64,000 bases of DNA from Eledone cirrhosa. Its lineage: Eukaryota. A program made the translations under genes and the position numbers. Under the pieces are notes generated by a model. It was not told the DNA's origin. It ran no database searches and saw nothing but the letters and a program-made list of their open reading frames with translations. Location of the stretch: NCBI GenBank assembly GCA_964016885.1, contig OZ024759.1, positions 6,386,001 to 6,450,000 on the forward strand, written 5' to 3'. Positions 1 through 11,415 of the stretch are shown here, piece by piece. Position 1 is the first letter of the stretch, and the number at the start of each line of letters is the position of its first letter.

Positions 1-33
<33 letters not shown>

Positions 34-92
34 TCATCATCATCATTTCATTTTACGTCCCCTTTTCCCTGCTTATATACATATATATCTAT

Positions 93-700
93 CTATATAA
101 TACTAAAAGTCTGTGATTGCTTTCTTGCTCGTCTGTAATGTAATACAGCCAAAAGGGCGCATAATGGAAAAATACTCCAATAATAAAATAACTCTGAAAT
201 GGGAATACAAACAGAATAAAACAAGTTTGGTGTAAATCAATATTTTCATTATTCAAAAAATACTTTTATTTGAATAGGATTAAAAAAATACATTAAAAAA
301 ATGTCTTTCAGTGATTTGTCAGTGAATATGATTTCAAAAATACAAGTTGTTTGTACTTTAAGTATCTATTTTTCAGTTTTCTTTAAACAGGCGATATTTG
401 AATTACAAACAAAAAACATTTTTAAGTGAATATGACTGAAAAATACGAGTTGTTTCTACAGTAAATGTTTATTTAGAAATATTTTTAAGTGAATGTGATT
501 TCGAAAATACAAGTTGTTGGTACAGTATTTATATTTTAGCTTTCTTTACACAGACAATATTTTAATTTCTTTAAAAATCATTTTCAAGTGAATACGATTA
601 AAAACATGTTTTGGCATATTTAAAAAATATTCTTAGTGAGAATGACCTTCTAATTATATGTCTGTATATTTTAATTATTTTAAAATTATTTTTAAGTGAA
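93..700 (+). mobile_element. Possible Helitron-like 5' end followed by degenerate AT-rich subrepeats
   Basis: Starts A|TCTATATAATACTAAAAG next to (TA)n, resembling Helitron 5' termini; the motif AAGTGAATATGA..AAAATACAAGTTGTT recurs about 4-5 times between 320 and 700. No 3' hairpin-CTAG found. Confidence 0.3.
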
Positions 701-1913
701 CGTAGACCCCAAAACACATGGGGTAAGGCAGTGATTCTCAACCTTTTTTTGGCCAATGTCACACCTTGGAACACATGAAAAAATAGCGACACACCTGGCT
801 AAATATAGAAAAATAAATCAAAGAACGCCTACATACTTATACAATTTTTATTCGCTAACAATGTTTCATCCATACCGTGGAGCAAAAATCCTCAGAGCGT
901 AATTAATAAAAAATATAGTGCTGAATATAAGCTCTACCAAGCTTAGTCACCAGAACAGTAGAGAAACTGTACAGGATAGCATGAGGGAGATTGGATAGGA
1001 TAAGGATGGAGAGAATGCGTACTGGGTTTAATAGTCAACATTATAACAAACCACGATAATACAATAACACAAATGCACACTAATGACGATAACATTTTTT
1101 TTTTTTTCCAAAATATCAAAAAAAAGGCTTCTGTTACGATACAATGACTGGTTTTCTGATTCTAAAAATGTAAAAATCATCTTCATAGCTTATTTGGATT
1201 TTCTCAAAAGAACTCTGAAAATTACGTTATTTTTCAACCACTTTTGGTCATATTTCAGCAAAAATTAGGACTAGATGAAAAAGAAATACATCATTTGTCT
1301 CAGTTTTAGAGGTAGATTTTACCATAGAAGTGGAAAAATGATTCATGATATAAATTTTTTTTTCTTCCGGAGGGGTCCCACCTTAAGACATGTATTGACC
1401 AATATCTATTCATATGATCCATACTAATGACGAACGAAACAATAGAAGATATGGAATTTTTAGCATTGTGACATTTGGAAATATTTCGCTCATCCCTAAA
1501 TGAACAAAGTTATGTGGTGCAACATGTAACAACACAGACTGTGAATACTCAATTGGGATCACGTGGTTTTCACATTTTCTTAGTGTGCCGTTTAAAATTT
1601 TGCAGCATACTTACAAAGACCTCGCGGCACACTGGTTGAGAATCACTGGGATAAGGTGATAAATTCCGACCTTACACACTTACACCTCTCTAAGACAATG
1701 TCACTGGATCGAGATGTTTGGCGCTACGCAGTAATACAGAAGACCCACCTTTCCTTACATACAAAGTTAACCTACAGTCAGTAGGCCCCTCTTAACCAAA
1801 TATACACCCCACCTCACACCCTTTCTCTGTAAAGTTATGTTGGTACCACAACATCCAGTCCACAGTGTAAAGTGGTCGTGTAGAAAATGGACGTTAAACG
1901 ATGATGATGATGA
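700..1913 (+). mobile_element. RTE LINE 3' fragment interrupted by the hAT MITE
   Basis: Joining 700-728 to 1657 onward gives RPQNTW(D/G)[25 protein letters not shown], an RTE C-terminus matching 51259-51651; ends GGACGTTAAAC(GAT)n. Confidence 0.8.
729..1648. mobile_element. Non-autonomous hAT-type DNA transposon (MITE)
   Basis: Perfect 15-bp TIRs CAGTGATTCTCAACC (729-743) and GGTTGAGAATCACTG (1634-1648); 8-bp TSD GGGTAAGG/GGATAAGG (7/8 match); no transposase ORF. Confidence 0.85.
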
Positions 1914-1926
1914 TATATATATATAT

Positions 1927-2500
1927 CATCATCATCATCATCATCGTTTAACATCCATCTTCCACGCTAGCATGGGTTAGACGGTTTTGTACCATTTGAT
2001 GCGGGAATGGTCGGGAGACTGTGTCTCTGGCAGGTTTTTTATAGCTGGATGCCCTTCCCAACACCAACTACCTTTACAGTGTGGACTGGGAGCCTTTTCA
2101 CCGTGTCTCCTACACGACCACCTTACAGTGTCGACGGAATCTTTTTACCGTGTCTCCTACGCGGCCACCTTACACTGCAGATTGTTGTGTCATCGACACA
2201 GATGGAACGGGAGAGGGAGGATGGGATAGGGTGTGAGGGTGGGGTGTACATTGAGTTAAGAGGTGCCTACTGACTAGGTTTGTATGCAATGGCAGTCGGG
2301 TCTTCTGTACAACCGCATGGCGCCAAAGTCTCGGTCTGGTGTCATTGTCTTAGAGAGGTGTGTAGCGGAGCTACTTGCTTGGTGTGTATTAATAATCTAT
2401 CCAGGCGTGATTTGGCTAAAGTCAGACCACTCGTAAGCTGCATATGGATATATATCAACTTCCACCAGCTAAAAGATTCCTGCTTCTTTGGTAAAAACTA
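1927..2500 (-). mobile_element. RTE LINE 3' fragment with UTR and (GAT)n tail
   Basis: (CAT)n plus CGTTTAACATCC...CCACGCTAGCATGGG tail in reverse, the GGATGCCCTTCC motif, and a degenerate RTE C-terminal coding remnant. Confidence 0.7.
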
Positions 2501-2578
2501 GCCATTTGCCACTTTGAACTCTGAAAGGTCAACATGACATTATGTAACCAGTGACATAATATTATTTTTCTGCTAAAG

Positions 2579-2761
2579 GGCGGTGGATTGGCAGTATCGG
2601 TAGAGGGTCGGACGCCATGCTTTCCAGCGTAGTTACGTCCCTTTACCATCTGAGTTCAAATCCCGCCGAGGTTGACTTTGCCTTTCATCCTTACGGGGTC
2701 GATAAAATAAAGTACCAGTAATGCACTGGTAATTGCTGGCCTTGTGCCTAAAGTAGAAACA
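2579..2761 (+). mobile_element. tRNA-derived SINE, full length
   Basis: A-box-like TGGCAGTATCGG, B-box GAGTTCAAATCCC, central GCCTTTCATCCTTACGGGGTCGATAAAATAAAGTACCAG (resembles the Nin/Deu-type SINE domain); 18-bp TSD ATTATTTTTCTGCTAAAG at 2561-2578 and 2762-2779. Confidence 0.9.
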
Positions 2762-2911
2762 ATTATTTTTCTGCTAAAGATATAAGTGAGCAAGGTTAGT
2801 TTTCATCACCTCGTCCCAGGTTTTTCTTGGTCTACCCGCTCCGTAGCTTCTATCGATTTTCATTGCCCTGCAATTTTTTATACAGCTGCCATCCTTCATA
2901 CACATCACATG

Positions 2912-3560
<649 letters not shown>

Positions 3561-3562
<2 letters not shown>

Positions 3563-3978
3563 GAAGGTGAGTAATATTGTAGAACAATAAAACTATGCAT
3601 ATATCAGATAAGTAGCACTCAACAGTTGGTAGAACTGGAGTATATATAATAAAGGGGAATTAAAAGAGGGTTAAAAGAGTTCCATATATTTTATTATGTG
3701 CATTTCGAATACAAAATCATCCTAGGAAAAAAATTGTGTTCTCATCAGACAAAATAAGGTCACATGATAAGTGCCATAATAGCAGTTGTTTACAGGAAAG
3801 TGTATGTAGACTTAGCACTTTCCTGTAAACAACTGCTATTATGCCTCTTATCATGTTACCTTATTTTATCTGATGAGAACACAATTTTTGTCCTAGGGTG
3901 ATTTTGTATTCGAAGTGCGCATAATATAATATATGGAACTCTTTTAACCATCTTTTAATTCCTCTTTATTATATATAT
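3561..3978. mobile_element. Fold-back Penelope pLTR remnant with two opposed hammerhead motifs
   Basis: Imperfect palindrome 3641-3978 centred near 3803-3815; same family as 15810-15960 and 38980-39150. Confidence 0.8.
3688..3755 (-). ncRNA. Type I hammerhead ribozyme motif
   Basis: Minus strand: ATTTTGT-CTGATGA-GAACACAA...TTGTATTC-GAAA-TGCACA-TA-ATAAAAT. The plus-strand partner at 3863-3928 has GAAG instead of GAAA. Confidence 0.8.
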
Positions 3979-4176
3979 ATATATTATATATATATATATA
4001 TGCATATATACAGGGCTAATATATGGTCCAATTGTGCCCATCCATACAGTAGGGTGTGCTTTCTAAAAATTTGGCTGCTATTTCTAGCAATTGAGTGAGG
4101 GTATTCTTCCTTGTAATCAATCTTAGTAGCTACACAATACCGCTGGGTAGCACTATCACCATGTACAGTTGGTGAT

Positions 4177-7100
4177 CTGTATCCCAGTGTACCTGGTTTA
4201 CAATAGGTACACTGTATCCCAGTGTACCTGGTTTACAATAGGTACACTGTATCCCTGTGTATCTGGTATACAATAGGTACAATGTATCCCTGTGTATATC
4301 ATGTTTACAATAGGTACACTGTATCCCTGTGTACCTGGTTTACAATAGGTACACTGTATCCCAGTGTACCTGATTTACAATAGGTACACTGTATCCCTGT
4401 GTATATCTGGTTTACAATAGGTACACTGTATCCCTGTATATATCTGGTTTACAATAGGTACACTGTATCCCTGTATATATCTGGTTTACAATAGGTACAC
4501 TGCATCCCTGTGTATATCTGATTTACAATAGGTACACTGTATCCCTGTGTATACCTGATTTACAATAGGTACACTGTATCCCTGTATACCTGGTTTACAA
4601 TAGGTACACTGTATCCCTAGGTATATCAGGTTTACAATAGGTACACTGTATCCCTAGGTATATCAGGTTTACAATAGGTACACTATATCCCTGTGTACCT
4701 GATTTACAATAGGTACACTGTATCCCTGTGTATACCTGGTTTACAATAGGTACACAGTATCCCTGTGTATATCTAGTTTACAATAGGTACATTGTACCCC
4801 TGTGTATATCTAGTTTACAATAGGTACACTATATCCCTGTGTATATCTAGTTTACAATAGGTACACTGTATCCCTGTGTATATCTAGTTTACAATAGGTA
4901 CACTGTATCCCTGTATATATCTGGTTTACAATAGGTACAATGTATTCCTGTGTATATCTAGTTTACAATAGGTACACTGTATCCCTATGTATATCAGGTT
5001 TACAATAGGTACACTGTATCCCTGTGTATATCTAGTTTACAATAGGTACACTGTATCCCTGTGTACCAGGTTTACAATAGGTACACTGTATCCCTGTGTA
5101 TATCTGGTTTACAATAGGTACACTGTATCCCTGTGTACCTGGCTTACAATGGATACACTGTATCCCTGTGTATATCAGGTTTACAATAGGTACACTGTAT
5201 CCCTGTGTATACATGGTTTACAATAGGTACACTGTATCCCTGTGTATACCTGGTTTACAATAGGTACACTGTATCCCTGTGTATACCTGATTTACAATAG
5301 GTACACTGTATCCCTGTGTATATCTAGTTTACGATAGGTACACTGTATCCCTGTGTATACCTGGTTTACAATAGCTACAATCTATCCCTGTGTATATCTG
5401 GTTTACAATAGGTACACTGTATCCCTGTATATCTAGTTTACAATAGGTACACTGTATCCCTGTGTACCTGGTTTACACTAGGAACACTTTATCCCTGTGT
5501 ATATCTGGTTTACAATAGGTACACTGTATCCCAAGGTATACCTGGTTTACAATAGGTATACTGTATCCCTGTGTATATCTGGTTTACAATAGGTACATTG
5601 TACCCCTGTGTATATCTAGTTCACAATAGGTACACTCTATCCCTGTGTATATCTGGTTTACAATAGGTACACTGTATCCCTGTGTATATCTGGTTTACAA
5701 TAGGTATACTGTATCCCTGTGTATATCTGGTTTACAATAGGTATACTGTATCCCTGTGTATATCTGGTTTACAATAGGTATACTGTATCCCTGTGTATAT
5801 CTGGTTTACAATAGGTACACTGTATCCCTGTGTATATCTGGTTTACAATAGGTACACTGTATCCCTGTGTATATCTGGTTTACAATAGGTATACTGTGTC
5901 CCTGTGTATATCTAGTTTACAGTAGGTACACTGTATCCCTGTGTATACCTGGTTTACAATAGGTACACTGTATCCCTGTGTATACCTGATTTACAATAGG
6001 TACACTGTATCCCTGTGTATATCTAGTTTACAATAGGTACACTATATCCCTGTGTATATCTAGTTTACAATAGGTACACTGTATCCCTGTGTATATCTAA
6101 TTTACAATAGGTACACTGTATCCCTGTGTATACCTGATTTACAATAGGTACACTGTATCCCTGTGTATACCTGATTTACAATAGGTACACTGTATCCCTG
6201 TGTATATCTAGTTTACAATAGGTACACTGTATCCCTGTGTATACCTGGTTTACAATAGGTACACTGTATCCCTGTGTATATCTGGTTTACAATAGGTACA
6301 CTGTATCCCTGTATATCTAGTTTACAATAGGTACACTGTATCCCTAGGTATATCAGGTTTACAATAGGTACACTGTATCCCTATATACCTGGTTTACAAT
6401 AGGTACACTGTATCCCTAGGCATATCACGTTTACAATAGGTACACTATATCCCTGTGTACCTGATTTACAATAGGTACACTGTATCCCTGTGTATACCTG
6501 GTTTACAATAGGTACACTGTATCTCTGTGTATATCTAGTTTACAATAGGTACATTGTACCCCTGTGTATATCTAGTTTACAATAGGTACACTATATCCCT
6601 GCGTATATCTAGTTTACAATAGGTACACTGTATCCCTGTGTATATCTAGTTTACAATAGGTACACTATATCCCTGTGTATACCTGATTTACAATAGGTAC
6701 ACTGTATCCCTGTGTATATCTAGTTTACAATAGGTACACTGTATCCCTGTGTATACCTGGTTTACAATAGGTACACTGTATCCCTGTGTACACCTGGTTT
6801 ACAATAGGTACACTGTATCCCTGTCTATATCTAGTTTACAATAGGTACACTGTATCCCTATGTGTATCTGGTTTACAATAGGTACACTGTATCCCTGTGT
6901 ACCTGGTTTACAATAGGTACACTGTATCCCTGTATATCTAGTTTACAATAGATACAATGTATGCCTGGGTATATCTGGTTTACAATAGGTACACTGTATG
7001 CCTGTGTATATCAGGTTTACAATAGGTACACTATATCCCTAGGTATATCAGGTTTACAATAGCTACACTGTATCCCTGTGTATATCTGGTTTACAATAGG

Positions 7101-8732
7101 TACACTGTATCCCTGTGTATATATAGTTTACAATAGGTACACTATATTCCTGTGTATATATAGTTTACAATAGGTACACTATATCCCTGTGTATATCTAG
7201 TTTACAATACGTACACTGTATCCCTGTGTATACCTTGTTTACAATAGGTACACTGTATCCCTGGGTATATCTGGTTTACAATAGGTACACTGTATTCCTG
7301 TGTATACCTTGTTTACAATAAGTACACTGTATCCCTGTGTACCTGGTTTACAATAGGTACACTGTATCCCTGTGTGTATCAGGTTTACAATATGTACACT
7401 ATATCCCTGTGTATATCTGGTTTACAATAGGTACACTGTATCCCTGTGTACCTGGTTTATAATAGGTACACTGTGTCCCTGTGTATATCAGGTTTACAAT
7501 AGGTACACTGTATCCCTGTGTACCTGGTTTACCATAGGAACACTGTATCCCTGTATATATCTAGTTTACAATAGGTACACTGTATCCCTGTGTACTTGGT
7601 TTACAATAGGAACCCTTTATCCCTGTGTATATCTGGTTTACAATAGGTATACTGTATCCCTGTGTATATCTGGTTTACAATAGGTACACTGTATCCCTGT
7701 GTATATCTGGTTTACAATAGGTACACTGTATCCCTGTGTATATCTGGTTTACAATAGGTACACTGTATCCCTGTGTACCTGGTTTACAATAGGAACACTG
7801 TATTCCTGTGTATATCTGGATTACAATAGGTACACTGTATCCCTGTGTATACCTGGTTTACAATAGGTACACTGTATCCCTGTGTACCTGGTTTATAATA
7901 GGAACACTGTATTCCTGTGTATATCTGGTTTACAATAAGTACACTGTATCCCTGTGTATACCTGGTTTACAATAGGTACACTGTATCCCTGTGTATATCT
8001 AGTTTACAATAGGGACACTGTATCCCTGTGTATATCTGGTTTACAATAGGTACACTGTATCCCTGTGTACCTGGTTTACAATAGGTACACTGTATCCCTG
8101 TGTACCTGGTTTACACTAGGAACACTTTATCCCTGTGTATATCTGGTTTACAATAGGTACACTGTATCCCTAGGTATATCAGGTTTACAATAGGTATACT
8201 GTATCCCTGTGTATATCTGGTTTACAATAGGTACACTGTATCCCTGTGTATATCTGGTTTACAATAGGTACACTGTATCCCTGTGTATATCTGGTTTACA
8301 ATAGGTATACTGTATCCCTGTGTATATCTGGTTTACAATAGGTACACTGTATCCCTGTGTATATCTGGTTTACAATAGGTACACTGTATCTCTTGGTATA
8401 TCAGGTTTACAATAGGTACACTGTATCCCTGTGTATATCTAGTTTACAATAGGTACATTGTATCCCTGTGTATATCAGGTTTACAATAGGTACACTGTAT
8501 CCCTGTGTATATCTGGTTTACAATAGGTACACTGTATCTCTGTGTATATCTGGTTTACAATAGGTACACTGTATCCCTGTGTATATCTGGTTTACAATAG
8601 GTACACTGTATCCCTGTTTATATCTGGTTTACAATAGGTACACTGTATCTCTGTGTACCGGGTTTACAATAGGTACACTGTATCCCTGTGTACCGGGTTT
8701 ACAATAGGTACACTGTATCCCTGTGTACCGGG
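4177..8732. repeat. 37/35-bp minisatellite array, about 125 copies
   Basis: Consensus GGTTTACAATAGGTACACTGTATCCCTGTGTATATCT with a 2-bp shorter TGTACCT variant; units are contiguous with no spacers. Confidence 0.97.
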
Positions 8733-8794
8733 CCTCCAAACAGTTTCTGTCTACCCAATTTCACTCACCTAGAAAAGCTATGGTAAATGATAGT

Positions 8795-10580
8795 TGTGGT
8801 GGTGTTGGTGTAGTGTAGTGGTGGTGTGGTGGTGGTGGTGGTGTGGTGTATTGTAGTGGTGGTGTGGTGGTGGTGTGGTGGTGTGGTGGTGGTGGTGTGG
8901 TGGTGCGGTGGTGTTGTGGTGGTGGTGTGGTGGTGTTGTAGTGGTGGTGGTGGTGTGGTGATGCGGTGGTGTTGTGGTGGTGGTGTGGTGGTGGTGTGGT
9001 GGTGCGGTGGTGTTGTGGTGGTGGTGTGGTGGTGTGGTAGTGGTGGTGGTGGTGATGTGGTGTATTGTAGTGGTGGTGTGGTGGTGGTGTGGTGGTGTGG
9101 TGGTGGTGGTGTGGTGGTGCAGTGGTGTTGTGGTGGTGGTGGTGTGGTGTAGTGTAGTAGTGGTGTGGTGGTGTGGTGTAGTGTAGTGGTGGTGTGGTGT
9201 AGTGGTGGTGGTGTGGTGTAGTGTAGTGGTGATGGTGGTGTGGTGGTGTGGTGGTGGTGGTGGTGGTGTGGTGGTGGTGGTTTGGTGTAGTGTAGTGGTG
9301 GTGTGGTGGTGGTGTGATGTAGTGTAGTGGTGGTGGTGGTGTGGTGGTGCTGGTGTAGTGGTGGTGGTGTAGTGGTGGTGCTGGTGGTGTAATGGTGGTG
9401 TGGTGTAGTGGTGGTGGTGTAGTGGTGGTGCTGGTGGTGTAGTGGTGGTGCTGGTGTAGTGGTGGTGGTGTAGTGGTGGTGCTGGTGGTGTAGTGGTGGT
9501 GTGGTGTAGTGGTGGTGGTGTAGTGGTGGTGCTGGTGGTGTAGTGGTGGTGTGGTGTAATGGTGGTGTGGTGTAGTGGTGTAGTGGTGGTGGTGGTGTGG
9601 TGGTGCTGGTGTAGTGGTGGTGCTGGTGGTGTAGTGGTGGTGTGGTGTAGTGGTGGTGGTGGTGGTGTAGTGGTGGTGTGGTGTAATGGTGGTGTGGTGT
9701 AGTGGTGGTGGTGGTGGTGTGGTGTAGTGGTGGTGTAGTGGTGGTGTGGTGTAATGGTGGTGTGGTGTAGTGGTGGTGTAGTGTAGTGGTGGTGGTGGTG
9801 GTGTGGTGTAGTGGTGGTGGTGGTGTAGTGGTGGTGTGGTGTAGTGGTGGTGGTGGTGGTGTGGTGTAGTGGTGGTGGTGGTGTAGTGGTGGTGTGGTGT
9901 AGTGGTGGTGTAGTGGTGGTGTGGTGTAATGGTGGTGTGGTGTAGTGGTGGTGTGGTGTAGTGGTGGTGGTGGTGGTGTGGTGTAGTGGTGGTGGTGGTG
10001 TAGTGGTGGTGTGGTGTAGTGGTGGTGGTGGTGGTGTGGTGTGGTGTAGTGGTGGTGGTGGTGGTGTGGTGTAGTGGTGGTGGTGGTGGTGTGGTGGTGG
10101 TGGTGTGGTGTAGTGGTGGTGGTGGTGTAGTGGTGGTGTGGTGTAGTGGTGGTAGTGGTGGTGTGGTGTAGTGGTGGTGGTGGTGTAGTGGTGGTGTGGT
10201 GTAGTGGTGGTAGTGGTGGTGTGGTGTAGTGGTGGTGGTGGTGGTGTGGTGTAGTGGTGGTGGTGGTGTAGTGGTGGTGTAGTGGTGGTGGTGGTGGTGT
10301 GGTGTAGTGGTGGTGTGGTGGTGGTGGTGGTGTAGTGGTGGTGGTGGTGTAGTGGTGGTGGTGGTGTAGTGGTGGTGGTGGTGTAGTGGTGGTGGTGGTG
10401 TAGTGGTGGTGGTGGTGGTGTGGTGTAGTGGTGGTGTGGTGGTGGTGTGGTGTAGTGGTGGTGGTGGTGTAGTGGTGGTGGTGGTGTAGTGGTGGTGGTG
10501 GTGGTGTAGTGTAGTGGTGGTGTGGTGGTGGTGTGGTGTAGTGGTGGTGGTGGTGTAGTGGTGGTGGTGGTGGTGTGGTA
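8795..10580. repeat. Degenerate (GTG)n/TAGTG microsatellite
   Basis: About 1.8 kb of GTG/GTAGT units; source of the His/Thr/Pro and Val ORFs. Confidence 0.97.
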
Positions 10581-10747
10581 ATTGAAACTTGTCCAAGCCT
10601 CCCTGTACTGGGACAGAACCTGGTAGCTAGTGGTTGTGAGGTGAACTATTTGTCCCTGCTCCGTAGTCTGAGGACCCCACCAGCCCATCAAGCAGTCACA
10701 ATCACGTCCTTGCCAAGTGATGTTGGCTGCCATCAGGTCTTTTGGGA

Positions 10748-10945
10748 CCGTTTGTCGCCAGGTGATCCAGGGGCAACCCTACCTCCGTTTGTTGCCAGGT
10801 GATCCTGGGGCAACCCCACCTCCGTTTGTTGCCAGGTGATCCTGGGGCAACCCCACCTCCGTTTGTTGCCAGGTGATCCTGGGGCAACCCCACCTCCGTT
10901 TGTTGCCAGGTGATCCTGGGGCAACCTCACCTCCTTTTGCCACCA
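10748..10945. repeat. 37-bp GC-rich minisatellite, about 5 copies
   Basis: GCCAGGTGATCCTGGGGCAACCCCACCTCCGTTTGTT repeated. Confidence 0.92.
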
Positions 10946-11018
10946 AGTGGAGTCCAGTTCTCTGCAGTCTCAACAACTTGGCTCTCTGCAGCGTTTCTAT
11001 CCACACACACACATATAC

Positions 11019-11056
<38 letters not shown>

Positions 11057-11179
11057 CTACATACACACACAAACATACCTACATACACACAGACACACAC
11101 ATAGCTATATACACACATGCACACATAAACACATACACACACACGTATATACACACACATACTGTATCTATATATACAG

Positions 11180-11222
<43 letters not shown>

Positions 11223-11368
11223 GATATATATATATACAGACACACACATATATATATATTCATTAGTTAAGCAAAACAAGACCACAAATTTCACAAGGAA
11301 GACATTATTAAAAGATTGTCAACATATTTTAGTTTGATGTAAGAAATGTAGAGAATAATAATAATAAT

Positions 11369-11415
<47 letters not shown>

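Noticed and set aside
2579-2670. tRNA gene
   Set aside because: A/B boxes belong to a SINE head with a TSD and multiple dispersed copies; no convincing cloverleaf.
4177-8732. CRISPR-like array (37-bp repeat)
   Set aside because: Units are contiguous with no unique spacers, there are no cas genes, and the context is eukaryotic; it is a minisatellite.
8761-10733. His/Thr/Pro-rich ORFs of 611-651 aa
   Set aside because: Translations of a degenerate (GTG)n microsatellite, open in several frames.
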